A stretch of 64,000 bases of DNA, from contig NC_087251.1 in the NCBI RefSeq assembly GCF_037042905.1, forward strand, positions 930,001-994,000. The letters are read 5' to 3'. The position numbers and the translations under genes are program-made. Position 1 is the first letter of the stretch. Every line of letters starts with the position of its first letter. This document shows, piece by piece, positions 1 through 12,116 of the stretch. The DNA comes from Lytechinus pictus. Its lineage: Eukaryota. The notes below the pieces were generated by a model. That model searched no databases, was not told the DNA's origin, and was given only the letters and a program-made list of their open reading frames with translations.

Positions 1-564
1 TAAACTTTAAAATTCAATAACTTTGTTATTTGTTATCCGATTTTGATGAAATTTTCGGCATTTTGCTCAGTGAATTATACTCTATCTATTCAGCTATAAA
101 TACATTCAGCCCGGACCATCCCTTTAAATGCTAGTCTATTTTAATATCAAGTTTATTAGAATGATCTCCAAGAAAAATGACACATGTTTACCAATGAAAT
201 TTCATACAAAATCACACAAGAATGTTTTGTGTTGTCATTTCTGTTTAATTAGCAGAGGTAACATATTTATCAATAATACTATTCTATAGCATGAGTCTAT
301 TGGATGTAACCTCACTGTGTAAATGTCCTCTTTCGTTTGGAGAACAGTATCCCTTTAATAAAATTCACCTCATGGTGATACTAGCTTGCTGTGCAACACC
401 TTTCACTTTAAAACAAAGTGATCTCTAGTTGCAGTCTCAAGGTCCTTTAATACAGGGAATTATTTATTGAAGCCTTTCAACTGAATCAACAACTTGACTC
501 TAAATCAACTTTTGATTAAAGGTTATAATCAAGGTCTGTGTCTATAGACTAGGATGGTACCTAC

Positions 565-736
565 CTAGGAAATGTAGCAAAGACATGTGGATGAAGATCT
601 ATGAGACCAAGTTTGTTGTCTTCAAGTGAATTCATTGTTTCTAGCCATGCTTGAACAGGTTCTAATGTTGGATCAGAGTGAAGTAATTCTCTGCTTGTAA
701 CCAGAGGTAAACCTGATGCTTCATCACTGGAGTAAT
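565..736 (-). CDS. MRPL4: Mitochondrial ribosomal protein L4 (uL4m), coding exon 3; gene continues beyond left edge
   Basis: AG/GT-bounded 172-nt exon reading YSSDEASGLPLVTSRELLHSDPTLEPVQAWLETMNSLEDNKLGLIDLHPHVFATFP(R). Matches the MRPL4 segment I recall (PVQAWVESL...GLADLHPDVFATAPR). Phase fits exon 2. Confidence 0.88.
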
Positions 737-776
737 CTACACCATATATTGAACAAAAAATGCATAATAAATTGCT

Positions 777-1345
777 TTAAGGTCAAGTCCACCCTAGAAA
801 ATTGTTGATTGAATTGACAGAGAAAATCAAACAAGCATAACGCTGAAAATTCTAAGGGACAATTCTAAGTTTCGCTTATTCTTCACAAAACAGCTATATG
901 CACAACTCAGTGATATGCAAATGAGAGTCGATGATGTCCCTCACTCACTATTTCTTTTGTTTTTATTGTTTGAATTACCGGTATACAATATTTAGATTTT
1001 AACAGTTGACAAGGACCAACTTGACTTTTTAATCATTATCCGTTAAAATAATGGTCATTCCGCATGTTCAGGGAGGAATAACATTTTGTTTCATTCACAT
1101 GACAATGAGAAAATTATAATTTTTCATATTTCATATAACAAAATACAAAAGAAATAGTGAGTGGGTGATGTTGTCAGTCTGCTCATTTCCATACTGAAAT
1201 AACTATTTTGCAAAATTAAGCAAAATTTTAAAATGTCATAACTTTCATATTTTACATTCCATTTTGATGAAATTTTCAGTATGTTTATTAGATATTTCTC
1301 CTTTTATTCAAATCAACTTTTTATTGGAGTGGACTTGTCCTTTAA
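777..1345. mobile_element. TTAA-flanked MITE family A (Kolobok-like)
   Basis: TTAA|(a)ggtcaagtccacc...gtggacttgtcct|TTAA. Six copies in window. Purine-starting termini plus TTAA suggest Kolobok rather than piggyBac. Confidence 0.75.
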
Positions 1346-1618
1346 CAAAAAAAATCTGATAATGGTTTGACTTAGCTATAAGTGTGACCTTAGAGAAAAT
1401 TTGAAATGTCATACATGTTGGTATCACTTATTAGTGAATTAAGATAATAGAAAATGAACCTTTCATTGTCTTAAAGCTAACCGGGGCCTTCTTTCAATTA
1501 TATGTCATATCTTAGGCTATTGAAAGTGTGAAAGTAAGTGTTCAAATAGCAAAAACAAAATTGTCAAAGAATGTAATCTATATTTTATGTGATGTGCTAA
1601 AGTTAACAAGATACTTAC

Positions 1619-1733
1619 ATCTTTCTGTATTGCCATTCTTTTGATTGAACTTAATAAGCCATGAAGCATTCAGAGACCAGGAGGACCAGCATGATGATAG
1701 GGCTCCACTTCTACTAACTGATTTTACAAAAGT
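1619..1733 (-). CDS. MRPL4: MRPL4 coding exon 2
   Basis: Acceptor ttttttccag, donor gtaagt. 115 nt, phase 0 to 1, TFVKSVSRSGALSSCWSSWSLNASWLIKFNQKNGNTER. Joins exons 1 and 3 without stops. Confidence 0.78.
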
Positions 1734-2310
1734 CTGGAAAAAAGGAATTAAAACTTTAGTAAATTTGGGTTGATAAGTATGCTTTGGAGTGTGCAAGAAG
1801 TACAGTTAGGTAGCATCAAGTGCAGGTAGAGAGGGCAAGAGAGTTTAGTTTAGCTTCCAACTTCAGGACAAGGATAATGACCTTTTGCTTCACGACATCG
1901 CAAGAACTGCTTCATGCTTTAGGCACAGCATCCAAAACTTGCTTCATAAAATGTATGTGAGCACATGTTGGTTTGTTTTGGTTTTGAAAGTCCATCTACC
2001 TTTACTGAAACTATCTTCAGGAACTAATGAATAACTAGGTCAAAGTAAAAGTTCAACAGAATAACTGTCATTTCTGGGGATTTATTTAACAATTTCTGAC
2101 ATTTTACTATCATCTCATTCACCGATGGTGGCCCACTAGGCGAGAGCTGATGGGTACACGCATCCCCCAACATCTGCCAGCTGTCTATAGTATACTAAGC
2201 TAAGGCTGAAGCTCGAGGGCTACGCCAGGGGCCTGGCCTAGACCTAGTTTATGACACTCATTCAATGAACAACGTTATGATTAGACAGGAATAACTGTCG
2301 TTTCTGGGGA

Positions 2311-3726
2311 TTTTAGAGATCGTACTACTGATGGAGCTCATTGCGTTACTCTTCTTACATTGTTTATGATGATATACATCTTCTCTTCAACCTCGCGGTG
2401 ATAGCGGACGCCGCCGTGAACTTTTAAAGATCGTACTACTGACAGAGCTCATTGCGTTACTCTCTTACATCGTTTATGATGATATACATCTTCTCTTCAA
2501 CCTCGTGGTGATAGCGGACGCCGCCGTGAACTTTTAAAGATCGTACTTCTGACGGAGCTCATTGCGTTACTCTCTTACATCATTTATTGATATACATTTT
2601 CTTTCCAACCTCGTGGTGATAGTGGAAGCCGCCGTGAACTTTTAAAGATCGTACTACTGACAGAGCTCATTGCGTTACTCTCTTACATCGTTTATGATGA
2701 TATACATCTTCTCTTCAACCTCGTGGTGATAGCGGACGCCGCCGTGAACTTTTAAAGATCGTACTTCTGACGGAGCTCATTGCGTTACTCTCTTACATCA
2801 TTTATTGATATACATTTTCTTTCCAACCTCGTGGTGATAGTGGAAGCCGCCGTGAACTTTTAAAGATCGTACTTCTGACGGAGCTCATTGCGTTACTCTC
2901 TTACATTGTATGTGATGATATACATCTTCTCTTCATCCTCGTGGTGATAGTGGACGCCGCCATGACCTTTTAAAGATCGTACTACTGACGGAGCTCATTG
3001 CATTACTCTCTTACATCGTTTATGATGATATACATCTTCTCTTCAACCTCATGGTGATAGCGGACGCCGCCGTGAACTTTTAAAGATCGTACTTCTGACG
3101 GAGCTCACTGCGTTACTCTCTTACATTGTATGTGATGATATACATCTTCTCTTCAACCTCGTGGTCATAGCGGACGCCGCCGTGAACTTTTAAAGATCGT
3201 ACTACTGACGGAGCTCATTGCGTTGCTCTCTTACATCGTTTATGATATACATCTTCTCTTCAACCTCGTGGTCATAGCGGACGCCGCCGTGAACTTTTAA
3301 AGATCGTATTACTGACGGAGCTCATTGCGTTGCTCTCTTACATCGTTTATTGATATACATTTTCTTTTTAACCTCGTGGTGATAGCGGACACCGCCGTGA
3401 ACTTTTAAAGATCGTACTTCTGACGGAGCTCATTGCGTTACTCTCTTACATCGTTTATGATATACATCTTCTCTTCAACCTCGTGGTGATAGCGGATGCC
3501 GCTGTGAACTTTTAAAGGTCGTTTTACGGACGGAGATCAATGCGCTACTCTCTTACATTGTTTACAAAAATGATATGTCTTCTCTTCAACCTCGCGGTGA
3601 TAGCAGATGCCGCTGTGAACTTTTAGAGGTCGTTTTACGGACGGAGATCAATGCGTTACTCTCTTACCTCCTGTATGATGATAGACATCTTCTCTTCAAC
3701 CTTGTGGTGATAGCGGACGCCGCCGT
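2311..3726. repeat. Tandem minisatellite, ~110-bp unit, ~13 copies
   Basis: Unit TTTTAAAGATCGTACTACTGACGGAGCTCATTGCGTTACTCTCTTACATCG...GGTGATAGCGGACGCCGCCGTGAAC; copies diverge toward the right end. Confidence 0.95.
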
Positions 3727-4858
3727 CAATTTATTTGTCTTTGCAACTTCGTGGGGAGATGCTTCTTTTATATTTCTTCTTGGATATCAAAAGTTCATTT
3801 CTCAAGATAGTAATAAATTGACTTGAAAACGCTAGCTCCTCAAAACATTTTAATAACATGTTCCGAATCATTGCGCGTGCTTGCGACTTCTACTACGTTT
3901 TAATTGCACTTGCGACTTTAAGATGATGCGTCGTACGAGATCAAGAGATCATTCCAATAATTCTGAATCGCTAGCACCTAAAAATACTTATAAAAGATGT
4001 CCAGACGATCGTTCATTAACCTGTGATCTATGAGAATTATTTTTATTTCATTTTCCTTTGAGACTTTGCTCAGAAGATGCGTCATTCGTTTATCTTTCTA
4101 GTAAAAATCACTCGGTTTATTTTAAAGCAGTAACACCTCAAAAACTTTTAAAACATGTTCCAAACGATCGCGCATGTTGGCGACTTCCATTCCAATGCAT
4201 TCGACTTTGTGACTTTGTCAGGAAGACAAAACAAAATTTGATGTAGAGTCTATTCCTTTGTTTTTAAACATCGCCGATTCGATTTTTGATTCGATTTTAG
4301 AAGCGATATCTATAAGCCTTAACTGCCGATCCAATTTTCTATCTGATTTTTTTTCCGATTTACATTAGTTTTTTCCCTTTTAACTTAAGTTTATTTTTCC
4401 CATTTTGATGCGTTTCAGGCCAAAACAGAATAATAATCTTTATTTTGGCCTTTTGGTCCAGTTCTTTTTATATATTTTTATGAAATAAACTAAAGACAAA
4501 AATCGATAACCCCGTCGCGGGGATTTTGCATTGTTAACCCTAACCCAGGGAGCCCAGGGGCTTACCGTGTATTTGACCATACTCACGGGACAAGGGTGAT
4601 TTATGGTCTAAATATTTCTCCAAATGAATTGTGAAAACAGAAATTATGCACTTACCACGATTATATGGATGAAGGTCTAACGAGTGGCAGTTTCCTGACA
4701 TCTGGGCACAAACTGGAACCTCAAAAAAACGAAAAGTTCTCTCCTTTTACCACAATCTCGATCGGCCATTTTGTTACGATTCATAACAAAAATGGCCGAT
4801 CGAGACGGGGGTAGAAGGAGAGAACTTTTCGTTTTTTGAGGTTCCAGTCTGTGCCCAG

Positions 4859-5883
4859 CTGCCCGTTTCTCAACACATGGACAAGTTAGTCATATCTTTA
4901 TCCACCAACCACGGAGTTAGTTCCAATCTTACTTAACCTGTTTCTCGAAAGGCTTCCTAACTAGAATACCTTGTTATCAATACTATCGGTAAAAAGAGCA
5001 GACGAGATGTAGCCTTAGTCACAAAATAGCATAATTTTCAAAAAGAAAATTTATGACAAAATTGCAAATATTATGATGAATTGGGAAATAAATCTTTTCA
5101 AAATAATAGCACAGGTGAATTATGCATCATACATACTTAGACCATGAAGACTGGAGCATTCAATTGCAGAGAAAATTAAATTATGAATAATTCATTTCAT
5201 GACTATAAAATCACTTGTGGACGTTTAGATGGGTACCCCCAGGAGACCCAATTTTAATAGTTTACGAAAGTAAACCATAACGGTTTTCTTTGTAAAATGA
5301 TGATAATTATACGGACTTTTACGATTCCAAACGTCATTAAAATATAGTTTAACGAAACATTTTTAATCATTGATACTGAAAGATACGATATTGGACAAAT
5401 TATATGCATAAATTAGAGCTATAATTCATCCAACTGTTAATAGGGGTCTGAAAACAACAAATACGAGTTCAGTTATGGATGGCCTGACGTGGTAGAATCT
5501 TTATCGATTAAATCATTTTACTATTTCAAAATGAATGGTTTTGTGGCGTTTACCAACAGTTTTTATAGTTTCTTTGTATTACAATTATCATTGAATGCAT
5601 TAACCCACTTGTTTTGTGATGTAATTTCAACCACTATGATTGATTACGTAAGATTATAACTAAAATTTCTAGGCACTTTCGCATGTCATAGTCTACCCAC
5701 GTGATGCCACTACGTCATTAAGAAAGAAGTTAAGACAGGTTCGGAGGTGTCATAAATATTTAGTGAGGTTGTTGTACCCGATCTTGGTAAAGAGGGCTTC
5801 GTGAAACGGTTAGCGGACAAGTAGCTCACTATCTCCGATTTAGTCAAGAAGTTAGACTTATGACGGTGTTGAGAAACGGGCCC
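4859..5883. mobile_element. Harbinger-like MITE nested in the foldback element
   Basis: TIR GCCCGTTTCTCAACAC / GTGTTGAGAAACGGGC; 3-bp TSD CAG. Removing it restores the host arm symmetry. Confidence 0.75.
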
Positions 5884-5978
5884 CAGATGTCAGGAAACTG
5901 CCACTCGTTAGACCTTCATCCATATAATCGTGGTAAGTGCATAATTTCTGTTTTTACAATTCATTTGGAGAAATATTT

Positions 5979-6406
5979 GGAGTTCCATATGCACCCCCCA
6001 CTAAAATTGAAAATAAAAAGATGGAGAAGGTTCAGAATAATATATCTAGCCCTAATATCGAACATATATGATGGGGAAGTGGAAATACATTTATTCAGTC
6101 AAATTTCGAGCGAGATCTTGTGCGCGTAATTGTCCATAGACATCGGTTTATTTAGTCAGTAAAGGGTCTGCGAGTCAAGACTAGTCGAACTATCGCCTGA
6201 TAATCGTAAAAATACCCTTTCCGGTATCAGCGCTTCTCGCTAGCATAGCGGGAAAGGTCTTGACTGCAGATCAACCAAGGTGAATTCGAGTCCCCACTAA
6301 GGTAAGCAACAGTAAAAAAAATGATAGAAAAATCTGAAGTGAACGAACCGGAAGTCTCAACAATCTTTTGTTATTTTTGGTGGGGGGTGCATATGGAACT
6401 CTTTCC
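5979..6406. mobile_element. Small TIR element with 8-bp TSD, nested in the foldback element
   Basis: TIR GAGTTCCATATGCACCCCC / GGGGGTGCATATGGAACTC; AAATATTT duplicated on both sides. Confidence 0.72.
6234..6304 (+). pseudogene. Degenerate tRNA-Cys(GCA)-like sequence inside a MITE
   Basis: A-box TAGCATAGCGG, anticodon arm TTGAC-TGCAGA-TCAA (6260-6274), B-box-like ATTCGAGTCC. Acceptor and T stems do not pair well. Confidence 0.5.
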
Positions 6407-6732
6407 AAATATTTAGACCATAAATCACCCTTGTCCCGTGAGTATGGTCAAATACACGGTAAGCCCCTGGGCTCCCTGGGTTATGTTAACCCATGGTAGC
6501 TGCACGATAGCGAGCCGTCTGTGTACCGTGTACGAGGAGAAATTTAAAGATAATAAAAATGTTTTAAAAAACTCCTCAAAACAGACGGCTGCCAGCTTTC
6601 TAATGTCTGCCTAGTACCTAGCCTGGAGGCGTCTGGGGAGTGAAAGTAATATACTGTACGTATGGTCACATACATAGAGAAAACATATTGCATCTTGCCT
6701 TCTACGGCGCGTTCTCGAACAATTGACCTAGC

Positions 6733-6949
6733 AAAATGGCGGCGGTCACGTGACTTATCGAGTTCGCCGGCGATGTTTTGCTTGGGTGTACACGACTTCC
6801 ACATATTTTTCTAGTTCAGTGGTTGAAGCGGGACATTTTAGCACTTTTTAATCTAGCACCGCTCATGATTTTGCCGCCCTCTATACGCGTCACGTAACTA
6901 GGTCTAAATTAACAAAGGATCAAAGATGGCGATGTCAACAAGTGTAAGT
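6733..6949 (+). promoter_or_regulatory. CpG-rich promoter-like segment inside the Academ-like element
   Basis: YY1-type AAAATGGCGGC (6733), palindromic E-box GTCACGTGAC (6745), second AAGATGGCG (6923) whose ATG is followed after 6 codons by a gtaagt donor. Confidence 0.4.
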
Positions 6950-7193
6950 AAACTCTCTTCTACTTTTATTACTTCATATAATTTATTCGTAATTTTGTAA
7001 CCATAACTATCAATTTTTTGCCAAACGTTGCCAACCAATGTTTTTACCCATGTACAGCAGTCGTGACCTCAGATTCTAAACATAACTAGCAGTTTGACGC
7101 ATTTTTATACTTGAACTAATTATAGTTGCCTTTTCCCTCGATACGTAGGAGCCTATAGTTCACAATGCCAGGCGTTAGGGGAGTGACCATACG

Positions 7194-8198
7194 CAAGGCT
7201 CCACATTAACTTTTTTTGGTGGTGGCCCGTTCGGGCCACCAAAACCTTCAAATAATTTTTTTTGGTGGCCCGATATTAGATTTTGGTGGCCCCAAAAAAA
7301 TAAAGAAAAACATTAAAAATGAATAAATGGGTATAAATGGTTTAACCACAGTAAAAAAAAATGAAAGAAAGTAATAAAACTGCAAAAAAAGTGTGAGAAA
7401 ATTCCTTCCCTCTATTTGCCAAAATGTTGGAAAAATTCACATTTCATATTAATGAAATGCCTTCCCAAAGTATTTACTTTCTCAAGAGTTGTTTAAGAAG
7501 TCATTTATGAACAAGAAAGAAAGTAACTGTCTGTTTATTTTTGGCTAGAAAAGACCGGAAAAGACACAGCTTCGAAAGAAACCAAGTAACAACATTCATA
7601 CAAATGCACAGGTGGGAACGTGATGTATTCACCTATGTGTTTTTATGTGTATTATTTTCATTTGGAAATCGATCTTTTTTAGTCAAAAGAGAGGTCATGA
7701 TTCCTCTTTTTAATGCTTGCAAATAATCAGGATACACCAGATTTTAGCAAAAAAGTCTGTAGAAGGGCATTTCATTGGTGTAAAATGTGACTTTGACTTG
7801 GATTTTCACAGTTCTGTGGAAGATTTCTTGGCAGCAACATTTCGTATTGCAGCTCCCTGAGTCTGAATAGGCTGCTAACGCACAGCTGCTTCAAGCATGC
7901 AAAGCTCACGCCAGCCGGCCAGCGCGGCCGGCTGGATAAAAGCTACTTAATGCTATAGCGGTAGGCCAACTTTGTGTGTGTGTTTGTGTGTAGATCACCA
8001 AAAAGGGCGCATGACGAACTGGCTTGCAATTTGAACTGTAGAAAGTTGATAAATGCGTGCAAAATGGGGAGAAAAATTGCGCTATTCTGAAAATTATTGG
8101 TTGCCCGATTCGGGCCACCAAAACTTAATATTTTTTCAATAATGGTTGCCCGAGGTGAATTTCTGGTGGCCCCAGGCCACCGCTAATGTCGAGCCTTG
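7194..8198. mobile_element. MITE with CAAGG...CCTTG termini and 7-bp TSD (P/hAT-like)
   Basis: TIR CAAGGCTCCACATTA / TAATGTCGAGCCTTG; TSD CCATACG (7187-7193, 8199-8205); subterminal GGTGGCCC repeats. Confidence 0.82.
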
Positions 8199-8241
8199 CC
8201 ATACGTACAGTATATTACTTTCACTCCCCAGACGCCTCCAG

Positions 8242-9009
8242 GGGCCGATTGCACGAACAGTAGAGGCGCACGGCCAATATTGGAGACTGTCTCCAATGTG
8301 GGAGATTATCTCCAATATCAGAGACTTTTGTAAAGAATTTGGGGATCCAATTTCAGAGACAGTCTCCAGTTTTGGAGACCAATTTCCTTTGTTTACATTT
8401 GCTGCTAAAGGATTACCTTGGCGGCAAATAAAAATGTGATAAGCAGATTCCTCATGAAAAATTACCCCTTTTCACCGTCTACTTTAAAAATTCACTGTCT
8501 CCTTTTGTTTTGATAAGGATTTTTGTTGTCAATCACACACAAAACAAATGGGCTTCTGACCTCAGTGAGACAAAATTTTGGGTGGAAAAAATCATGCTTT
8601 TGTTGGTGTTGTTTCTTTTGTCCTTTTGCAAAGCAAGTCTCCAATGTGGGAGATTGTCTCCCCTATTGGAGAGAGTCTCCCATATTGGCCGTGTGCCTCT
8701 ACTGACGAAAGGGTCTTTCCAAGGACCGTCTTTCGTGTCGCCCATCTTTTATGATACGCCATGTGAAACGCATTTCAAATAAATTATCTGCAAATATATT
8801 TTATTTGTCCGTTAAAATAAACAAAATATTTGTTTATAAAATGATGTGATATCTTAAAATTGTATAAAATTTGATTTAAAAGCAAGCTTACGAATTTTAT
8901 TTGTTTATCATAAATTTCAGAAACACCCCGCTTATAAGTTATAGCGCATCATAAAAGATGGGCGACACGAAAGACGGTCCTTGGAAAGACCCTTTCGTGC
9001 AATCGGCCC
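8242..9009. mobile_element. Harbinger-like MITE
   Basis: ~60-bp TIR GGGCCGATTGCACGAAAGGGTCTTTCCAAGGACCGTCTTTCGTGTCGCCCATCTTTT, left copy interrupted; imperfect 3-bp TSD CAG/CCG. Confidence 0.78.
8258..8704. mobile_element. MITE with 5-bp TSD nested in the left TIR of the Harbinger-like element
   Basis: TIR CAGTAGAGGCGCACGGCCAATAT / ATATTGGCCGTGTGCCTCTACTG; TSD ACGAA (8253-8257, 8705-8709). Confidence 0.85.
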
Positions 9010-9234
9010 CCGGCTACTACTAGTACTAGTACTAGTAGTAGTAGTACCCGGCCCAGTCCTGGGCTCCGGCTCACAGCTCCCTGGGTTACCCTGCCGCCAG
9101 GCCAGGCGTCCAGGTCGTGCTCCATGCCGTTGACGTTGTGACTTGTGTGACTGAGTCACAAACTAAGCAGTACGAAGCAGAGGATGCTATCGCAAGTTCC
9201 CCAATCCGTCGACTTACATTGTCAATATACTCAC

Positions 9235-9309
9235 TTTATTTCCATAGGTGGTCAAGCAAGAAAAAGCTCTAGTAGATAAGCTTGTAATTCGGGGGAGAAC
9301 AGTAAACAT
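9235..9309 (-). CDS. MRPL4: MRPL4 coding exon 1 (mitochondrial presequence-like)
   Basis: aaaaATG then MFTVLPRITSLSTRAFSCLTTYGNK and a gtgagt donor in phase 0. R/S/T/L-rich with no acidic residues, as expected of a transit peptide. Confidence 0.78.
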
Positions 9310-10134
9310 TTTTGAACAACTTGATCCTTCGTTCGCGTTCCCGTTCCCAGCGCAGCATGTACCGTACCTTTTTATATATGCGGTGCCTCATGATAGATAC
9401 GGTGTTGGTAAAATGAAAGAAAGAAATAAAAAAAATCAGGGGAACATTATGAAAGGGTGAACTGCCGATTCGCATATAACCATCCCGTCCAGACGTCCAC
9501 ACATCACATGGTCTACCTTCATTTAGTCTATTGCCATTCCGTCCATCAATATTTCGTCTAACAACAATTTGGTCCAATAATCACTTCGTCTAGTGCACCA
9601 GTTAGTATATGACCAGGATGACCATTTCCTTCTAACCAGCTAATACCCATATCCTTTTCATTAATTTCGCCCAATTCACACTTATAGACCAAATGGTTTA
9701 TGGACTAAATGGCTATTAGACCAACTGGTTATTAGACAAAATGGTGAGTGGAAGGAATGGCAATTTGACCATGTGGATGATAGACCAAATGATATGTAGA
9801 CTAGTTGGTAATGAATTGGCATGCATTAGACCATGGACCTATAATGATTAGACCAATGAATGCTTCCCAGCTAAATCAAACTCAAGGAAAGGTGTAAGAT
9901 CTGACAGCTTGCCTTTTCAGACAAAAATGTTAATGAAACGCACCCACATCAAGCACTGGATTTCTGCGCTGGCTTAATTCAGTCAGGGCCCTGGTTAAAA
10001 TCAGTGATAATCAAAACAATTATATCACTACTATTGCATTTGAATAATAATGAATCAACCATCCATCCCAAAAAAAAATTGCACGGAAAAATAACAGGTT
10101 ATTCTGAATATCTTCAGCAAATAAATGAAGATAA

Positions 10135-10740
10135 CGGGATGGAGGGTAGGGGGAGATAACCTAAAGGTCACGAGGGTGACGTCACATTTGTTTCTCAATT
10201 CATTTGTACTTTGTATCATGAAGTTACACATCCGGTCAGACCTCTTTTACCCTTTTTATGTCATTCCTCCCTTTTTCATTTCTCTCCCACTTTCCTCCTT
10301 TTTTCTTCAATATTAAAATCCCCCTGCTGTGTTGCCACCCCTGGCAATTTTGAATTACTCTTTCCCAGGCATTTGGAGGGGAAGTTAGCAAATCATGCCC
10401 ATCATCACAAGTATTTGGAAGGAAAATTAGCAAATCAACGGGATGGAAGGTGGGGGGAGAGATAACCTAAAGGTCACGGGGTGACGTCATATTTGTTTCT
10501 CAATTAAAGTATACTTTGTATCATGAAGTTACACATCCCGTCAGACCTCTTCTTTTTATCCCTTTTATGTTATATTCCTTCCTTTTCCCTTTCCCTCCCA
10601 CTTTCCTCCTTTTTTTTTCAATGTAAACCCCCCCCCCCCCCCCTGCGCTGCCATCCCTAGCAATTACTCTTTCCCAGGATTTTGGAGGGGAAGCCAGCAA
10701 ATTATGCCCGACATCACAAGTATTTGGACGGAAACTAGCA
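10135..10740. repeat. Tandem duplication of ~300 bp (2 diverged copies)
   Basis: GGGATGGA..GAGATAACCTAAAGGTCACG..CACAAGTATTTGGA occurs at ~10136 and ~10440. Confidence 0.85.
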
Positions 10741-12116
10741 AAACCATATCTCCAAAACTTTAGGTTTGTCTAGAGATTTCTAACTATCTCTGAATAAAAA
10801 CTAATTCTTGACAAATAAATGGTAAAACCCTAATTCAGCCTCTAAAATATGCTCTTTCCCTGCCCGCATGTGATAGAGAAGACCACCTGTGTGGGGTGGA
10901 GGGAGATGTGAGCTATAGATCTGAATGATAGAGAACCATTATCAGCACTGGCGGATCCAGGCGGGGCACAGCCGGCCCTTGCCCCCCTTTTGAGATGCAA
11001 AATTAAAATTTGTAATGTAAAAATGCTGTTAAAACAAAAATGTGCCCCCCCCCCTTTGAAAGTGGAGACCTTTTTTTGAAGAAGAAGGTATGCAGGAGGT
11101 ATGCACTACCTAGGAAACATCACCCTATCTCACAATTAAGTAGGGCTAGTTACCAAGATTCACAAATTAGGGAAATAAACAAAACTCACTTTGTAGAACA
11201 AGCATTTGAGATATCTCCCAAATAAAATCAAGACCCTGTATCATAATAATTATAAATGCATAACTAATGCTTCAAATCTAAAAGTTTGTCCTTTTCCAAA
11301 AAAATATCTACACAATGTTAGTAGCTTATGACAGTAGCATTTAATTGTCAATAGTCGGTTCGATGAAACTGAGCCCTATATCATCTACTGTAGATGTGAA
11401 CTTTAATAGATCCCACCACTGCCACTATTTATTTGTATTGTTTTGTTTATTTTTTTGATACACTATTGATGTCTAAAATGGGAGATAAAAGCTGAAAAAG
11501 GAGCCCCTATTATTTTGTGCTGGAGATTTTTCATATTGGAGAGCTGTTCATCTCAGCTCGGATAAGTTTATTCTTAGCCAATAAATGGGAACACTATATG
11601 CATGTAATATTTATAACTCTAAGTTATCATGCCTTGCCATTTGTCACACAAATCATTATTGTTCAGCACAGCTGGGTGTGATCCTCTCTCTCTCTTTCCC
11701 TTTGTCTTCTATCTCCCTCTTCCTGCCTTTTCTAGCTTTTCTCTTATTCTTCTACATCTCACATTCCATCTCTCTGCTCTATCTGTCTCTCTTTACAAAC
11801 ACACCCACTTAAACCCATATTCTTGTATTGTTTTTTTTACAATCTAATATCAGGTAAAAATTGAATTATTTCTTACAAATGAGAAAATCTAAAATGACCA
11901 TGAGAACACATTAGGTATATTTACATGTATTTTGCATAATTTCCAATTTGATCAACGAGTATCGATTTAAATTTATTTATGACATAACTTATATGTCTAT
12001 ATTTAAATATGCTTGTAGTACTAGGTTATTTTACCTTGTTATTGATGATTTGTTTGAAATGTAAACTTTTGCAATTTGGCTTTGGCTGGAAAAAAAGTAT
12101 TTTTAATAAACAATTT

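Larger units (their letters stand above)
4541..6483. mobile_element. Foldback non-autonomous DNA transposon, MULE-like, with two nested inserts
   Basis: Long terminal inverted repeats (TIRs) TAACCCAGGGAGCCCAGGGGCTTACCGTG...; perfect 9-bp TSD TGTTAACCC (4532-4540, 6484-6492); symmetry centre ~4780. Confidence 0.88.
6619..9016. mobile_element. TAG...CTA-terminated TIR element (Academ-like), right TIR split by nested inserts
   Basis: Left TIR TAGCCTGGAGGCGTCTGGGGAGTGAAAGTAATATACTGTACGTATGGTCAC. Its reverse complement is rebuilt from 7183-7193 + 8199-8241 + 9013-9016. No clear TSD. Confidence 0.68.

Noticed and set aside
9248..9460. Plus-strand exon 2 (VVKQEKALVDKL) splicing to the ATG at 6926
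   Set aside because: Overlaps MRPL4 exon 1 on the opposite strand, which is better supported; no further plus-strand exons found.
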